A stretch of DNA of 27,070 nt, taken from the IMG/VR virus record IMGVR_UViG_2651869694_000009, positions 1 through 27,070 of that record; one strand, written 5' to 3'. This stretch comes from a virus. Lineage: Duplodnaviria > Heunggongvirae > Uroviricota > Caudoviricetes. Every line of letters begins with the position of its first letter. Within the stretch, counting starts at the first letter, position 1. Of the stretch, positions 1-6,955 are shown piece by piece. The translations under genes were made by a program, and so were the position numbers. The notes beneath the pieces were generated by a model, which did no database searches, was not told the DNA's origin, and saw only the letters and a list, made by a program, of their open reading frames with translations.

Positions 1-225
1 GCTAATCAGGCATATCACCAGATGGTGAAGCTGGGGATCGTTGAACAACGCGAACGATACAGCCGTACCGCGATTAACAACATCAAAAAATTCTGGTCAC
101 TGACAGCGAAAGGCTGCATGTTCGGCAAGAACATCACCAGTCCCGCAAATCCGCGCGAGACGCAGCCGCATTTCTTCGAATCCCGATTCCCTGAGCTGTT
201 AAAGCTGCTCGATACCGTACATTGA
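1..225 (+). CDS. 3' end of an upstream gene truncated by the window edge (listed ORF 22-225 is open back to base 1); function unknown, presumably a nin-region-like gene
   Basis: Frame 1 has no stop from base 1 to the TGA at 223-225. No motif recognised. Confidence 0.35.
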   Translation, partial: ANQAYHQMVKLGIVEQRERYSRTAINNIKKFWSLTAKGCMFGKNITSPANPRETQPHFFESRFPELLKLLDTVH

Positions 226-226
226 G

Positions 227-1222
227 GTGACCGTGAGAGCACTACTGACCCCTGAAATTGCCCCGCGTATGGGGATCGTATTGTTCAGACCAGGTTCAGA
301 GCTGATGCCCCTGTTTATGCAGGGGCGTGTCCTGCTGGAGCCTGAGCCGGAACGTTATTCATCTTTCGCCAGTGGTGCCGTTCCGGCGGCATCACAACCG
401 CTGGCGGATGATCCTACCGTTCGGGCCGTGTTCCGCAATGAGGCAGTGATCCGTCGTGCTGGTGGCGTGGAATGTCTTGAAAGCTGGTTACTTCGTGAAA
501 AAGGCTGCCAGTGGCCTCATTCCGACTGGCACAGCGAGAACATGACCACAATGCGACACGCTCCGGGTGCAATCCGTCTGTGCTGGCACTGCGATAACCA
601 GCTGCGCGATCAGTTCACGGAACGGCTGGAATCAATGGCAACGGATAACTGTGCCCGCTGGGTGTTGTCTGTTGTGCGTCGGGATCTCGGTTTTGATGAC
701 AGTCACGTTGTGACAATGCCGGAACTGTGCTGGTGGCTGATTCGTAATGACCTGGCGGATGCCTTACCGGAAAGTGCAGCCCGTAAGGCACTGAGATTAC
801 CGAAGCCTGTTGTGCCGTCTGTCACCCGGGAAAGTGACCTTGTGCCTTCGGTTCCTGCCACCAGCATCATCCAGGATAAGGCGAAAAAGGTGCTGGCGCT
901 GAAAGTGGATCCGGAGTCGCCGGAGTCTTTTATGTTACGCCCAAAACGTCGCCGCTGGGTTAATGAAAAGTACACGCGCTGGGTTAAGACACAGCCGTGT
1001 GCATGTTGTGGAAAGCCCGCTGATGATCCCCACCACCTGATAGGTTACGGTCAGGGTGGAATGGGAACAAAAGCCCATGACCTTTTTGTGTTGCCTTTGT
1101 GCAGAAAGCATCACGACGAGCTGCATGCGGATACCGTGGTATTTGAAGAAAAGTATGGCTCTCAGTTGGAGCTGATATTTCGTTTTATCGATCGTGCGCT
1201 GGCAATTGGCGTGCTGGCCTGA
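227..1222 (+). CDS. DUF968-family phage protein (YdfU-like) with a C-terminal Cys/His cluster
   Basis: 331-aa ORF. The C-terminus reads CACCGKPADDPHHLIGYGQGGMGTKAHDLFVLPLCRKHHDELH, an HNH-like metal-binding motif. From memory it matches E. coli Qin-prophage YdfU along its length. Sits directly upstream of Q, as in Qin. The true start may be the GTG at 233 (MRALLTPEIA), which follows GAGGTGA at 224-230. Confidence 0.75.
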   Translation: MTVRALLTPEIAPRMGIVLFRPGSELMPLFMQGRVLLEPEPERYSSFASGAVPAASQPLADDPTVRAVFRNEAVIRRAGGVECLESWLLREKGCQWPHSDWHSENMTTMRHAPGAIRLCWHCDNQLRDQFTERLESMATDNCARWVLSVVRRDLGFDDSHVVTMPELCWWLIRNDLADALPESAARKALRLPKPVVPSVTRESDLVPSVPATSIIQDKAKKVLALKVDPESPESFMLRPKRRRWVNEKYTRWVKTQPCACCGKPADDPHHLIGYGQGGMGTKAHDLFVLPLCRKHHDELHADTVVFEEKYGSQLELIFRFIDRALAIGVLA

Positions 1223-1239
1223 TTTTGTGGAGAAAGTTG

Positions 1240-1617
1240 ATGCGTGATATTCAAATGGTTCTGGATCGTTGGGGAGCATGGGCGGCGAGTGATAGTTCAG
1301 GAGTAGACTATTCTCCTATAGCTGCTGGGTTTAAAGGGCTTCTTCCCTATACAAGCAAAACACGTCAGGCATGTTCAGATAGTGATGCATTAATTATTGA
1401 AGGTTGTCTTGCTCGTCTAAGGCAAAAAAGGCCGGACGAACATTCGCTTCTTGTTGCCCATTACCTATACGGTATCTCTAAAAGAAAGCTCGCCAAGGCT
1501 CGTAAAAAGGATGAGAAACTAATACGCATTGAGATACAGATGGCTGAGGGGTTTATTGATGGCTGCCTATCGATGCTGGAAATTAGTCTAGAGATGGACC
1601 CCGAAATTAAAGATTGA
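1240..1617 (+). CDS. Q: Late-gene antitermination protein Q (QuuD / phage-82 Q-like family)
   Basis: Translation MRDIQMVLDRWGAWAA...IAAGFKGL... closely resembles E. coli DLP12 QuuD as I remember it. The ATG at 1240 follows GGAGAAAG. The ORF track starts at an upstream TTG (1225). Confidence 0.85.
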   Translation: MRDIQMVLDRWGAWAASDSSGVDYSPIAAGFKGLLPYTSKTRQACSDSDALIIEGCLARLRQKRPDEHSLLVAHYLYGISKRKLAKARKKDEKLIRIEIQMAEGFIDGCLSMLEISLEMDPEIKD

Positions 1618-1622
1618 TTATT

Positions 1623-1648
1623 GAAGCCCGATTACTCGGGCTTTTGTT
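1623..1648 (+). terminator. Intrinsic terminator immediately after Q
   Basis: Hairpin AGCCCG (1625-1630) / CGGGCT (1637-1642) with a 6-nt loop, followed by TTTTGTT. It overlaps the stop codon of the convergent minus-strand gene. Confidence 0.6.
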
Positions 1649-2651
1649 CCACATCTCGAACATAGAGAATTACTGCTGACTTAATGTCACCATCGACGTG
1701 TTTTGCGTTAATGCTCAAATGTACAGGCTTTCTTTCCCACTCAGCTCGCTGCAATGCTTCTTTGTTTCCGGATTCATCAAGGAAAACATCCTGAACTACG
1801 CAGGTTAGACGTTGGTCGGTATCTACGCGTCGGACCTTAACTTTGAAACTCTCTGGGTCAGTATTATTGACTTCTTCAATTCGGTAAATACCATCAATCC
1901 TCATTTCTGATGAACGTCTACGAGCATTCGTAACCAACTCTTTCGCCATTTCAGAATCAATAGTAACGCCATCAATTTGAGCGTTATCTGAACGCACAAA
2001 GGATTTGACCATTTGGGTTTTAGCGTCATACGACATACGGTCCATGTTATCGAGAAGTGGTTTTTCCGCAATCATTTCTGAAATAACCCGCAGGCGTTTA
2101 GTTTCTTGCTCGCTCATGATCTGCATAGTCCGGAGATGTTCTTTCTCTCCATCCTTAGCAATTTCTGCAAGGCGAATATCTTTACGGTTGTCCAAGAACC
2201 GTTTAAATACTGTTACTCCGCCCCAGATGACTGCTGCGCCGAGAACAGTAAACATGATCTCAGTTGCGTTCATTTTACCAACAAGTTCCTGTGTGAGTTT
2301 GGTTAAAAAGCCATCAATGTTGATTTCTACTATTGAAGAACCCTGTTCTACCGTAACTTCTATTTCTAGGGCATCAAGTTCTTCTTTGGTCAGTTTGCGG
2401 ACGTCAGGGACACCGTACTTGGCAAGGGCATATGATTTGTTGATTTGAGCTTGCATTTCAACAAATCCCTTCATAACTGAAGGTGTTAGCGATCTGTTGA
2501 ATTTTTCACCGGTTAATCTGATGGTAAGGTTTGGCCATCCGTTGAAACTTAAACTGTCAGGTAAACCATAACCATCAAGATAGCTTTCAAGCAAATCGAA
2601 GGCTTGCTGCTCAGATTCAATGTCTACATGAATCTCATCAAACTTATCCAA
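1632..2651 (-). CDS. Hypothetical single-pass membrane protein (339 aa), moron gene; candidate superinfection-exclusion or abortive-infection protein
   Basis: Long ORF in AT-rich DNA (about 33% G+C in the 60-nt lines I hand-counted). One hydrophobic segment IMFTVLGAAVIWGGVTVF at about residues 131-149, followed by KRFLDNRKDIR. The start is TTG at 2651-2649, preceded by GAGGA with a 7-nt spacer. Opposite orientation to the phage backbone. Confidence 0.7.
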   Translation of the reverse strand: MDKFDEIHVDIESEQQAFDLLESYLDGYGLPDSLSFNGWPNLTIRLTGEKFNRSLTPSVMKGFVEMQAQINKSYALAKYGVPDVRKLTKEELDALEIEVTVEQGSSIVEINIDGFLTKLTQELVGKMNATEIMFTVLGAAVIWGGVTVFKRFLDNRKDIRLAEIAKDGEKEHLRTMQIMSEQETKRLRVISEMIAEKPLLDNMDRMSYDAKTQMVKSFVRSDNAQIDGVTIDSEMAKELVTNARRRSSEMRIDGIYRIEEVNNTDPESFKVKVRRVDTDQRLTCVVQDVFLDESGNKEALQRAEWERKPVHLSINAKHVDGDIKSAVILYVRDVEQKPE

Positions 2652-2825
2652 AAATATGTCCTCATTCTAAGCCAACTGTCACCGTGAGGTTTGGCAACGC
2701 CTGCTTTATTTTTCGTTTTAAGCTGTGTGGCAAAAAAATAATGGAAAAACAGATAAAAATCACTAACGCGGTCCGCATTTTCTAGATTACTGTGTTAAGA
2801 GTGGTTACTTCGCCACACAACTTAA

Positions 2826-2848
2826 ACCCGCCGCTGAGCGGTTTTTTT
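2826..2848 (+). terminator. Weak candidate intrinsic terminator or attenuator
   Basis: Short GC stem CCGC (2831-2834) / GCGG (2838-2841) with a 3-nt loop, then a run of seven T (2842-2848). The stem is short, so this is tentative. Confidence 0.35.
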
Positions 2849-2946
2849 GTACCTGTAAACTTGGTGCAGCACAGTAAACACGCTGGTGGTCGTGAATACT
2901 GACTTTTTATCTTGCTGGCTTTTTAGACAAGAGTTATTGGTATGTC

Positions 2947-3174
2947 ATGTTAACCAGAAGGGAAAAAGACATGCTAAAACAGCAAGATATGACAGAAACC
3001 GCCGCCGCAGTCCTTCATTTCTTACCTGCTGACAAGTGGGTAACGCCACGCATGATGACGAGAACTACCGGAGTAAGCGAAGCCCGGTGCCAGTTAATAC
3101 TGACTCAGTTAGTTCTGGCGGGTCTGGCGAAGGATAACGGCGGGTACGGGAATAAATTCAGACGCTGCCAGTAA
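2947..3174 (+). CDS. Small winged-helix DNA-binding protein (PapI/FaeA-like pattern), putative regulator
   Basis: 75-aa ORF; the real start may be an internal Met. The segment AVLHFLPADKWVTPRMMTRTTGVSEARCQLILTQLVLAGLAKDNGG has the helix-turn-helix plus wing pattern of PapI-type regulators. Assignment is by pattern only. Confidence 0.4.
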   Translation: MLTRREKDMLKQQDMTETAAAVLHFLPADKWVTPRMMTRTTGVSEARCQLILTQLVLAGLAKDNGGYGNKFRRCQ

Positions 3175-3324
3175 TGGCGGTTTCCTGCTGTGAAAATGGG
3201 CGGCTGGTGGGTGTTGGTAGCACCTGCCAGCCATTCGCTCATGCTTACTGGTCACAAGCGAACCACGGCCCACTGCTTTAGCGCAAAAGCAGAGTGAGCC
3301 TACCAGAGTTACGCTTACTGATCC

Positions 3325-4377
3325 ATGAAAAATACTGTAAAAATAAACAGTGTTGATTTAATCAACGCTGATTGCCTGCATTTTATTCAGTCCCTGCCTG
3401 ATGATTCCATTGACCTGATTGTTACCGATCCGCCTTACTTCAAAGTGAAACCTAACGGTTGGGACAATCAGTGGAAAGGGGACGAAGATTACCTTAAGTG
3501 GCTGGACCACTGTCTGGCCCAGTTCTGGCGGGTGTTAAAACCTGCCGGAAGCCTTTACCTGTTCTGTGGGCATCGCCTGGCATCTGATATTGAGATCATG
3601 ATGCGTGAACGTTTCAACGTGCTTAACCATATCATCTGGGCGAAGCCGTCCGGACGTTGGAATGGGTGTAATAAAGAAAGTCTGCGCGCATATTTTCCTG
3701 CCACAGAGCGCGTTCTGTTTGCTGAACATTACCAGGGGCCATATCGCGGCAAAAGTGACGACTATGCGGCAAAAGAAAGGGAACTCAAACAGCACATAAT
3801 GGCACCGCTGATATCGTATTTCAGGGATGCTCGTGCCGAACTGGGTATAACGGCAAAACAAATTGCCGAAGCCACAGGTAAGAAAAATATGGTTTCCCAC
3901 TGGTTTGGTGCCAGTCAGTGGCAGTTGCCGAATGAGGCTGACTATCGGAAGTTACAGGCACTGTTTTCCCGTATAGCGGCAGAGAAGTTTCAGGAACAAC
4001 AACTGGAACAACCACACCACCAGCTGGTGGCATCTTATGATTCACTGAATCGCAAATATTCTGAATTGCTGGATGAGTTTAAATCTCTCCGGCGCTATTT
4101 CTCCGTATCAGTCTCCGTGCCTTATACCGATGTCTGGACGCATAAGCCCGTTCAGTTCTACCCGGGTAAACATCCGTGCGAGAAACCGGCGGATATGCTC
4201 CGGCAAATAATCAATGCCAGTAGTCGACCTGGTGATCTGGTTGCTGATTTCTTTATGGGATCCGGTTCCACAATAAAAGCAGCAATGGCGCTGGGGCGTC
4301 GGGCGTTAGGTGTTGAACTTGAGTCAGAGCGGTTTAATCAGACGGTGAAAGAGGTAAGTGAACTGGTGGGGAAATAA
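3325..4377 (+). CDS. Orphan DNA methyltransferase, beta-class (N6-adenine or N4-cytosine), PF01555-like
   Basis: Catalytic motif IV DPPY near the N-terminus (LIVTDPPYF) and AdoMet-binding motif I near the C-terminus (DFFMGSGST). That order defines beta-class amino-methyltransferases. No restriction endonuclease partner is visible. Confidence 0.85.
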   Translation: MKNTVKINSVDLINADCLHFIQSLPDDSIDLIVTDPPYFKVKPNGWDNQWKGDEDYLKWLDHCLAQFWRVLKPAGSLYLFCGHRLASDIEIMMRERFNVLNHIIWAKPSGRWNGCNKESLRAYFPATERVLFAEHYQGPYRGKSDDYAAKERELKQHIMAPLISYFRDARAELGITAKQIAEATGKKNMVSHWFGASQWQLPNEADYRKLQALFSRIAAEKFQEQQLEQPHHQLVASYDSLNRKYSELLDEFKSLRRYFSVSVSVPYTDVWTHKPVQFYPGKHPCEKPADMLRQIINASSRPGDLVADFFMGSGSTIKAAMALGRRALGVELESERFNQTVKEVSELVGK

Positions 4378-4384
4378 TTCTGGT

Positions 4385-4410
4385 GGCCACGTTGCGTGGC
4401 CTTTTTATTT
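4385..4410 (+). terminator. Intrinsic terminator between the methyltransferase and the holin
   Basis: Perfect 7-bp stem GGCCACG (4385-4391) / CGTGGCC (4395-4401) with loop TTG, followed by TTTTTATTT. Confidence 0.7.
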
Positions 4411-4453
4411 CCAACACAGCACCCGCAAATATCGCGAGGTGAGAGATGACGAA

Positions 4454-4780
4454 ATGCCTCATAACCCAAATACCTGGCTGGACTTGGTCCAGAGCTGGTG
4501 GCGTGGAGACACACCGCTGGGTGCAGTGATTATGTCGATCGTTATGGCTGGTTTGCGCATCGCCTATTTTGGCGGTGGTGGTGGCTGGAAGCGAAAAACG
4601 CTCGAGATTTTGCTATGTGGCGCTCTGACGCTGACCTTTGCATCCGCTCTTGAGTATGTCGGATGGCCTAAATCACTTTCTGTTGCCATTGGTGGTGGGG
4701 TGGGGCTGATCGGTGTCGATGCTATTCGTGGGGCTGCAATGCGAGTAATCGGTAACAAATTTGGTGGCTCTAAGGAGTAA
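4454..4780 (+). CDS. S: Holin (lambda S-like, class I)
   Basis: Immediately upstream of the endolysin. Hydrophobic segments (GAVIMSIVMAGL, ILLCGALTLTFASAL, VAIGGGVGLIGV) and a charged C-terminal tail. The C-terminal pattern IGGGVGLIGVDAIRGAAMRVIGNKF resembles lambda S. ATG at 4454 follows GAGGTGA. The longer ORF from 4358 runs through the terminator hairpin and is rejected. Confidence 0.7.
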   Translation: MPHNPNTWLDLVQSWWRGDTPLGAVIMSIVMAGLRIAYFGGGGGWKRKTLEILLCGALTLTFASALEYVGWPKSLSVAIGGGVGLIGVDAIRGAAMRVIGNKFGGSKE

Positions 4781-4783
4781 TTT

Positions 4784-5260
4784 ATGCAGGTACTAAATTC
4801 CCAGCGTAAAGCTTTCCTTGATATGGTGGCTTGGTCAGAAGGAACGGATAACGGACGACAACCGACACGTAACCACGGTTATGACGTTATTGTCGGTGGT
4901 GAACTCTTCACTGATTACTCCGATCACCCTCGCAAACTTGTCACGCTAAACCCGAAACTCAAGTCAACAGCCGCCGGACGTTACCAGCTTCTTTCACGCT
5001 GGTGGGATGCTTACCGTAAACAGCTTGGCCTGAAAGATTTTTCTCCAGAAAGCCAGGACGCTGTAGCTCTGCAGCAGATTAAAGAGCGTGGCGCTTTACC
5101 GATGATTGACCGTGGCAATATTCGTCAGGCAATCGACCGTTGCAGCAATATCTGGGCGTCATTACCTGGTGCAGGTTACGGTCAGTATGAACATAAAATC
5201 GGTGACCTGATTGCACGGTTTGAAGAGGCTGGTGGGGTGATAAATGAAGTTGAGCTATAA
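4784..5260 (+). CDS. R: Endolysin, lytic transglycosylase (lambda R family)
   Basis: 158 aa. The translation MQVLNSQRKAFLDMVAWSEGTDNGRQPTRNHGYDVIVGGELFTDYSDHPRKLVTLNPKLKST... is nearly identical to lambda R as I remember it. Confidence 0.93.
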   Translation: MQVLNSQRKAFLDMVAWSEGTDNGRQPTRNHGYDVIVGGELFTDYSDHPRKLVTLNPKLKSTAAGRYQLLSRWWDAYRKQLGLKDFSPESQDAVALQQIKERGALPMIDRGNIRQAIDRCSNIWASLPGAGYGQYEHKIGDLIARFEEAGGVINEVEL

Positions 5261-5636
5261 GCTGGTTATCGCTGCTTTCTTCGTTACTGTCATTGGTTCT
5301 TTCATCTGGTCAGCCAACCACTACTACAGCAAATATCAGTACGAAAAGAAACGTGCTGATGAGGCTGAACGAAATGCTGGATCAGCAACAGCCATTACCA
5401 ATAACGTCCTGCAATCACTGCAAATCGTCAATACAGTACTGGAGGCTAACCAGCATGCAAAACAGCAGATCGCACTGGAGTCACAGAGAACCCAGGAAGA
5501 TATCAAAATGGCTGTTGCGGATGATGATTGTGCTTCACGTGCTGTGCCTGCTGCCGCTGCTGACCGGTTGCGGAAGTACGCGGACAGTTTACGTGAGCGT
5601 TCCGGTGGCACCACTGCCACCCAGCCTGACTTCTGA
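5244..5636 (+). CDS. Rz: Spanin, inner-membrane subunit (Rz-like)
   Basis: Directly after R. N-terminal membrane anchor LVIAAFFVTVIGSFIW followed by a charged, probably coiled-coil periplasmic region. Confidence 0.8.
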   Translation: MKLSYKLVIAAFFVTVIGSFIWSANHYYSKYQYEKKRADEAERNAGSATAITNNVLQSLQIVNTVLEANQHAKQQIALESQRTQEDIKMAVADDDCASRAVPAAAADRLRKYADSLRERSGGTTATQPDF

Positions 5637-5778
5637 TACTCCTGTACCGTTTATACCTAATCCGCTGACGTATGGTGCCAGTCTGGAGCTGAATGTGAGT
5701 CTGTTGTCTGCGCTGGCTAACTGCAATCGGGATAAAGCTGATATTCGTAAAATAGATGCAGAGAGAACTAACCATTAA
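5521..5778 (+). CDS. Rz1: Spanin, outer-membrane lipoprotein subunit (Rz1-like), overlapped arrangement
   Basis: In the +1 frame inside Rz. Tandem ATG at 5521/5524. Lipoprotein signal MMIVLHVLCLLPLLTGC with lipobox L-T-G-C and a Pro-rich mature part. Extends past the Rz stop. Confidence 0.75.
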   Translation: MMIVLHVLCLLPLLTGCGSTRTVYVSVPVAPLPPSLTSDTPVPFIPNPLTYGASLELNVSLLSALANCNRDKADIRKIDAERTNH

Positions 5779-5799
5779 GCAATAAAATTGTCAAATTAA

Positions 5800-6426
5800 T
5801 CAGTTGTCAAATGAATATACGTTAAAGGTATATGTCGACATAATTTCACCAAGTACCTCAATACATACACTTTTTTTATGAAAATTACTGGGAAATGAAC
5901 TTAGCTCCTCAAGACATTGCACATAAGTGCTGATATCACTTGCATCACGTTCAAGGAATTTCACTTGACCAAAAGAAGGAGTTTTAATCTTGGTTCTTTG
6001 CTGGATTATATGGATAAAGTGTGTAGTTGGTGAAACTATTACTCTTGAAATATCGGAAATGATGTCTTCTTGAACTTGCCGATAAAGTAAATCCTTTGGG
6101 TAATGGTGTTTTATCTCGATGGTTGCAACATTGCCATTATGTTCAGACGTTAATATCGACTGGTTATAAAGTGATATGTCAACAGCGCCGATACCGAGTT
6201 TTGGATGCTCACTTAAAGCAGTTAGTGTGCTGATTTGATTGAGTATAACAACTAACTCATCACGTATTTGTGTTTCATGTTTGCGATTGTAGAAGTAGCC
6301 ATTCAGTTCATTTAACTTTTTATGCATCCTATCGTGACTAATTGCTTCGATCAGTAAATCCTGAATCATACTTTTCTCTAGGTAATCCGAACGGTTGTAA
6401 GTGACAGTATTGTGCTGGCATGTCAT
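5800..6426 (-). CDS. Hypothetical protein (208 aa), downstream gene of an AT-rich moron operon; possible PD-(D/E)xK-type nuclease
   Basis: Long ORF in DNA of about 32-37% G+C, where stop codons are frequent and long chance ORFs are unlikely. Contains GIGAVDISLY ... VATIEIKHH (D83, E104, K106), compatible with a PD-(D/E)xK core. Start uncertain because no clear SD precedes ATG 6426. Confidence 0.6.
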   Translation of the reverse strand: MTCQHNTVTYNRSDYLEKSMIQDLLIEAISHDRMHKKLNELNGYFYNRKHETQIRDELVVILNQISTLTALSEHPKLGIGAVDISLYNQSILTSEHNGNVATIEIKHHYPKDLLYRQVQEDIISDISRVIVSPTTHFIHIIQQRTKIKTPSFGQVKFLERDASDISTYVQCLEELSSFPSNFHKKSVCIEVLGEIMSTYTFNVYSFDN

Positions 6427-6469
6427 TAATATGTAAAGGTATTGTGAATGCCAGAAAGATAACGAAGTA

Positions 6470-6805
6470 TCATCGATAGAAAAACTTTACAGCCCACTCG
6501 TAAACAGCTTTGTAAATCGGTTCATGGTAAATACTATCGATACTATTCAGATGTGCGATCATCGCCTCCACAGTTGTAGTGGTTGTTTCTAATATTTCGA
6601 TTATTGCAGGGCGGTCATCATCTTCATCGAAGTATTCGAACAGCAGTACAGGTTTACCATGCAATTCAGCATCTGAGACTCTAAGGTTACAACTACCGCT
6701 CAACTCAAAGTGAATTTTGTAATTACCTTCTACAGAATGGCCTACGGGGAAAAAGTATAGGGTGTCATCTTTGTTCAAAAGCCATTCCCATTCATAACTA
6801 TTCAT
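6470..6805 (-). CDS. Hypothetical small acidic protein (about 111 aa), upstream gene of the AT-rich moron operon
   Basis: ORF on the same strand, 43 bp upstream of the 208-aa gene. The preferred start is the second ATG (6805), preceded by AGGAG with a 7-nt spacer; the ORF track starts at 6823. Acidic patch FEYFDEDDDRP and a TTTT run. Confidence 0.6.
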   Translation of the reverse strand: MNSYEWEWLLNKDDTLYFFPVGHSVEGNYKIHFELSGSCNLRVSDAELHGKPVLLFEYFDEDDDRPAIIEILETTTTTVEAMIAHLNSIDSIYHEPIYKAVYEWAVKFFYR

Positions 6806-6955
6806 TTGTGAACTCCTGTTCATTGAGTTTCAACAACTATCAACTACATCCAGCGAAGCATAAAAGATCGTTTATGGCAAAACCGGAATGGAGTGCGATT
6901 CGATTCTGAGAAGGGTGCCACGTATCGTACGCGAACCATCCAAGAGGATTATGCA

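Noticed and set aside
170-190. TTCGAATCC at about 177-186, resembling a tRNA T-loop
   Set aside because: Flanking bases do not form a T-arm, and no acceptor or anticodon arms could be built. It lies inside a coding frame. No tRNA was found in the Q-to-holin interval either.
703-1279. Minus-strand ORFs 703-975 and 935-1279 overlapping the DUF968 gene
   Set aside because: Antisense to a well-supported gene in GC-rich DNA, where long spurious ORFs are common. No start context or motif.
2005-2448. Plus-strand ORFs 2005-2448 and 2106-2306 inside the membrane-protein moron
   Set aside because: Antisense to the 339-aa gene, Ser-rich low-complexity translation, no SD.
3535-4045. ORFs 3535-3900 (-), 3605-3799 (+) and 3821-4045 (-) inside the methyltransferase gene
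   Set aside because: They overlap a gene carrying both canonical methyltransferase motifs; alternative-frame artefacts.
4358-4453. Longer holin start at 4358
   Set aside because: That N-terminal extension would be translated through the intrinsic terminator hairpin and overlaps the methyltransferase. ATG 4454 has a proper SD.
5787-5813. Direct repeat TTGTCAAAT twice (5788-5796 and 5805-5813) in the convergent gap after Rz1
   Set aside because: A short repeat in AT-rich DNA, partly inside the 3' end of the 208-aa gene. Likely chance; no further copies seen.
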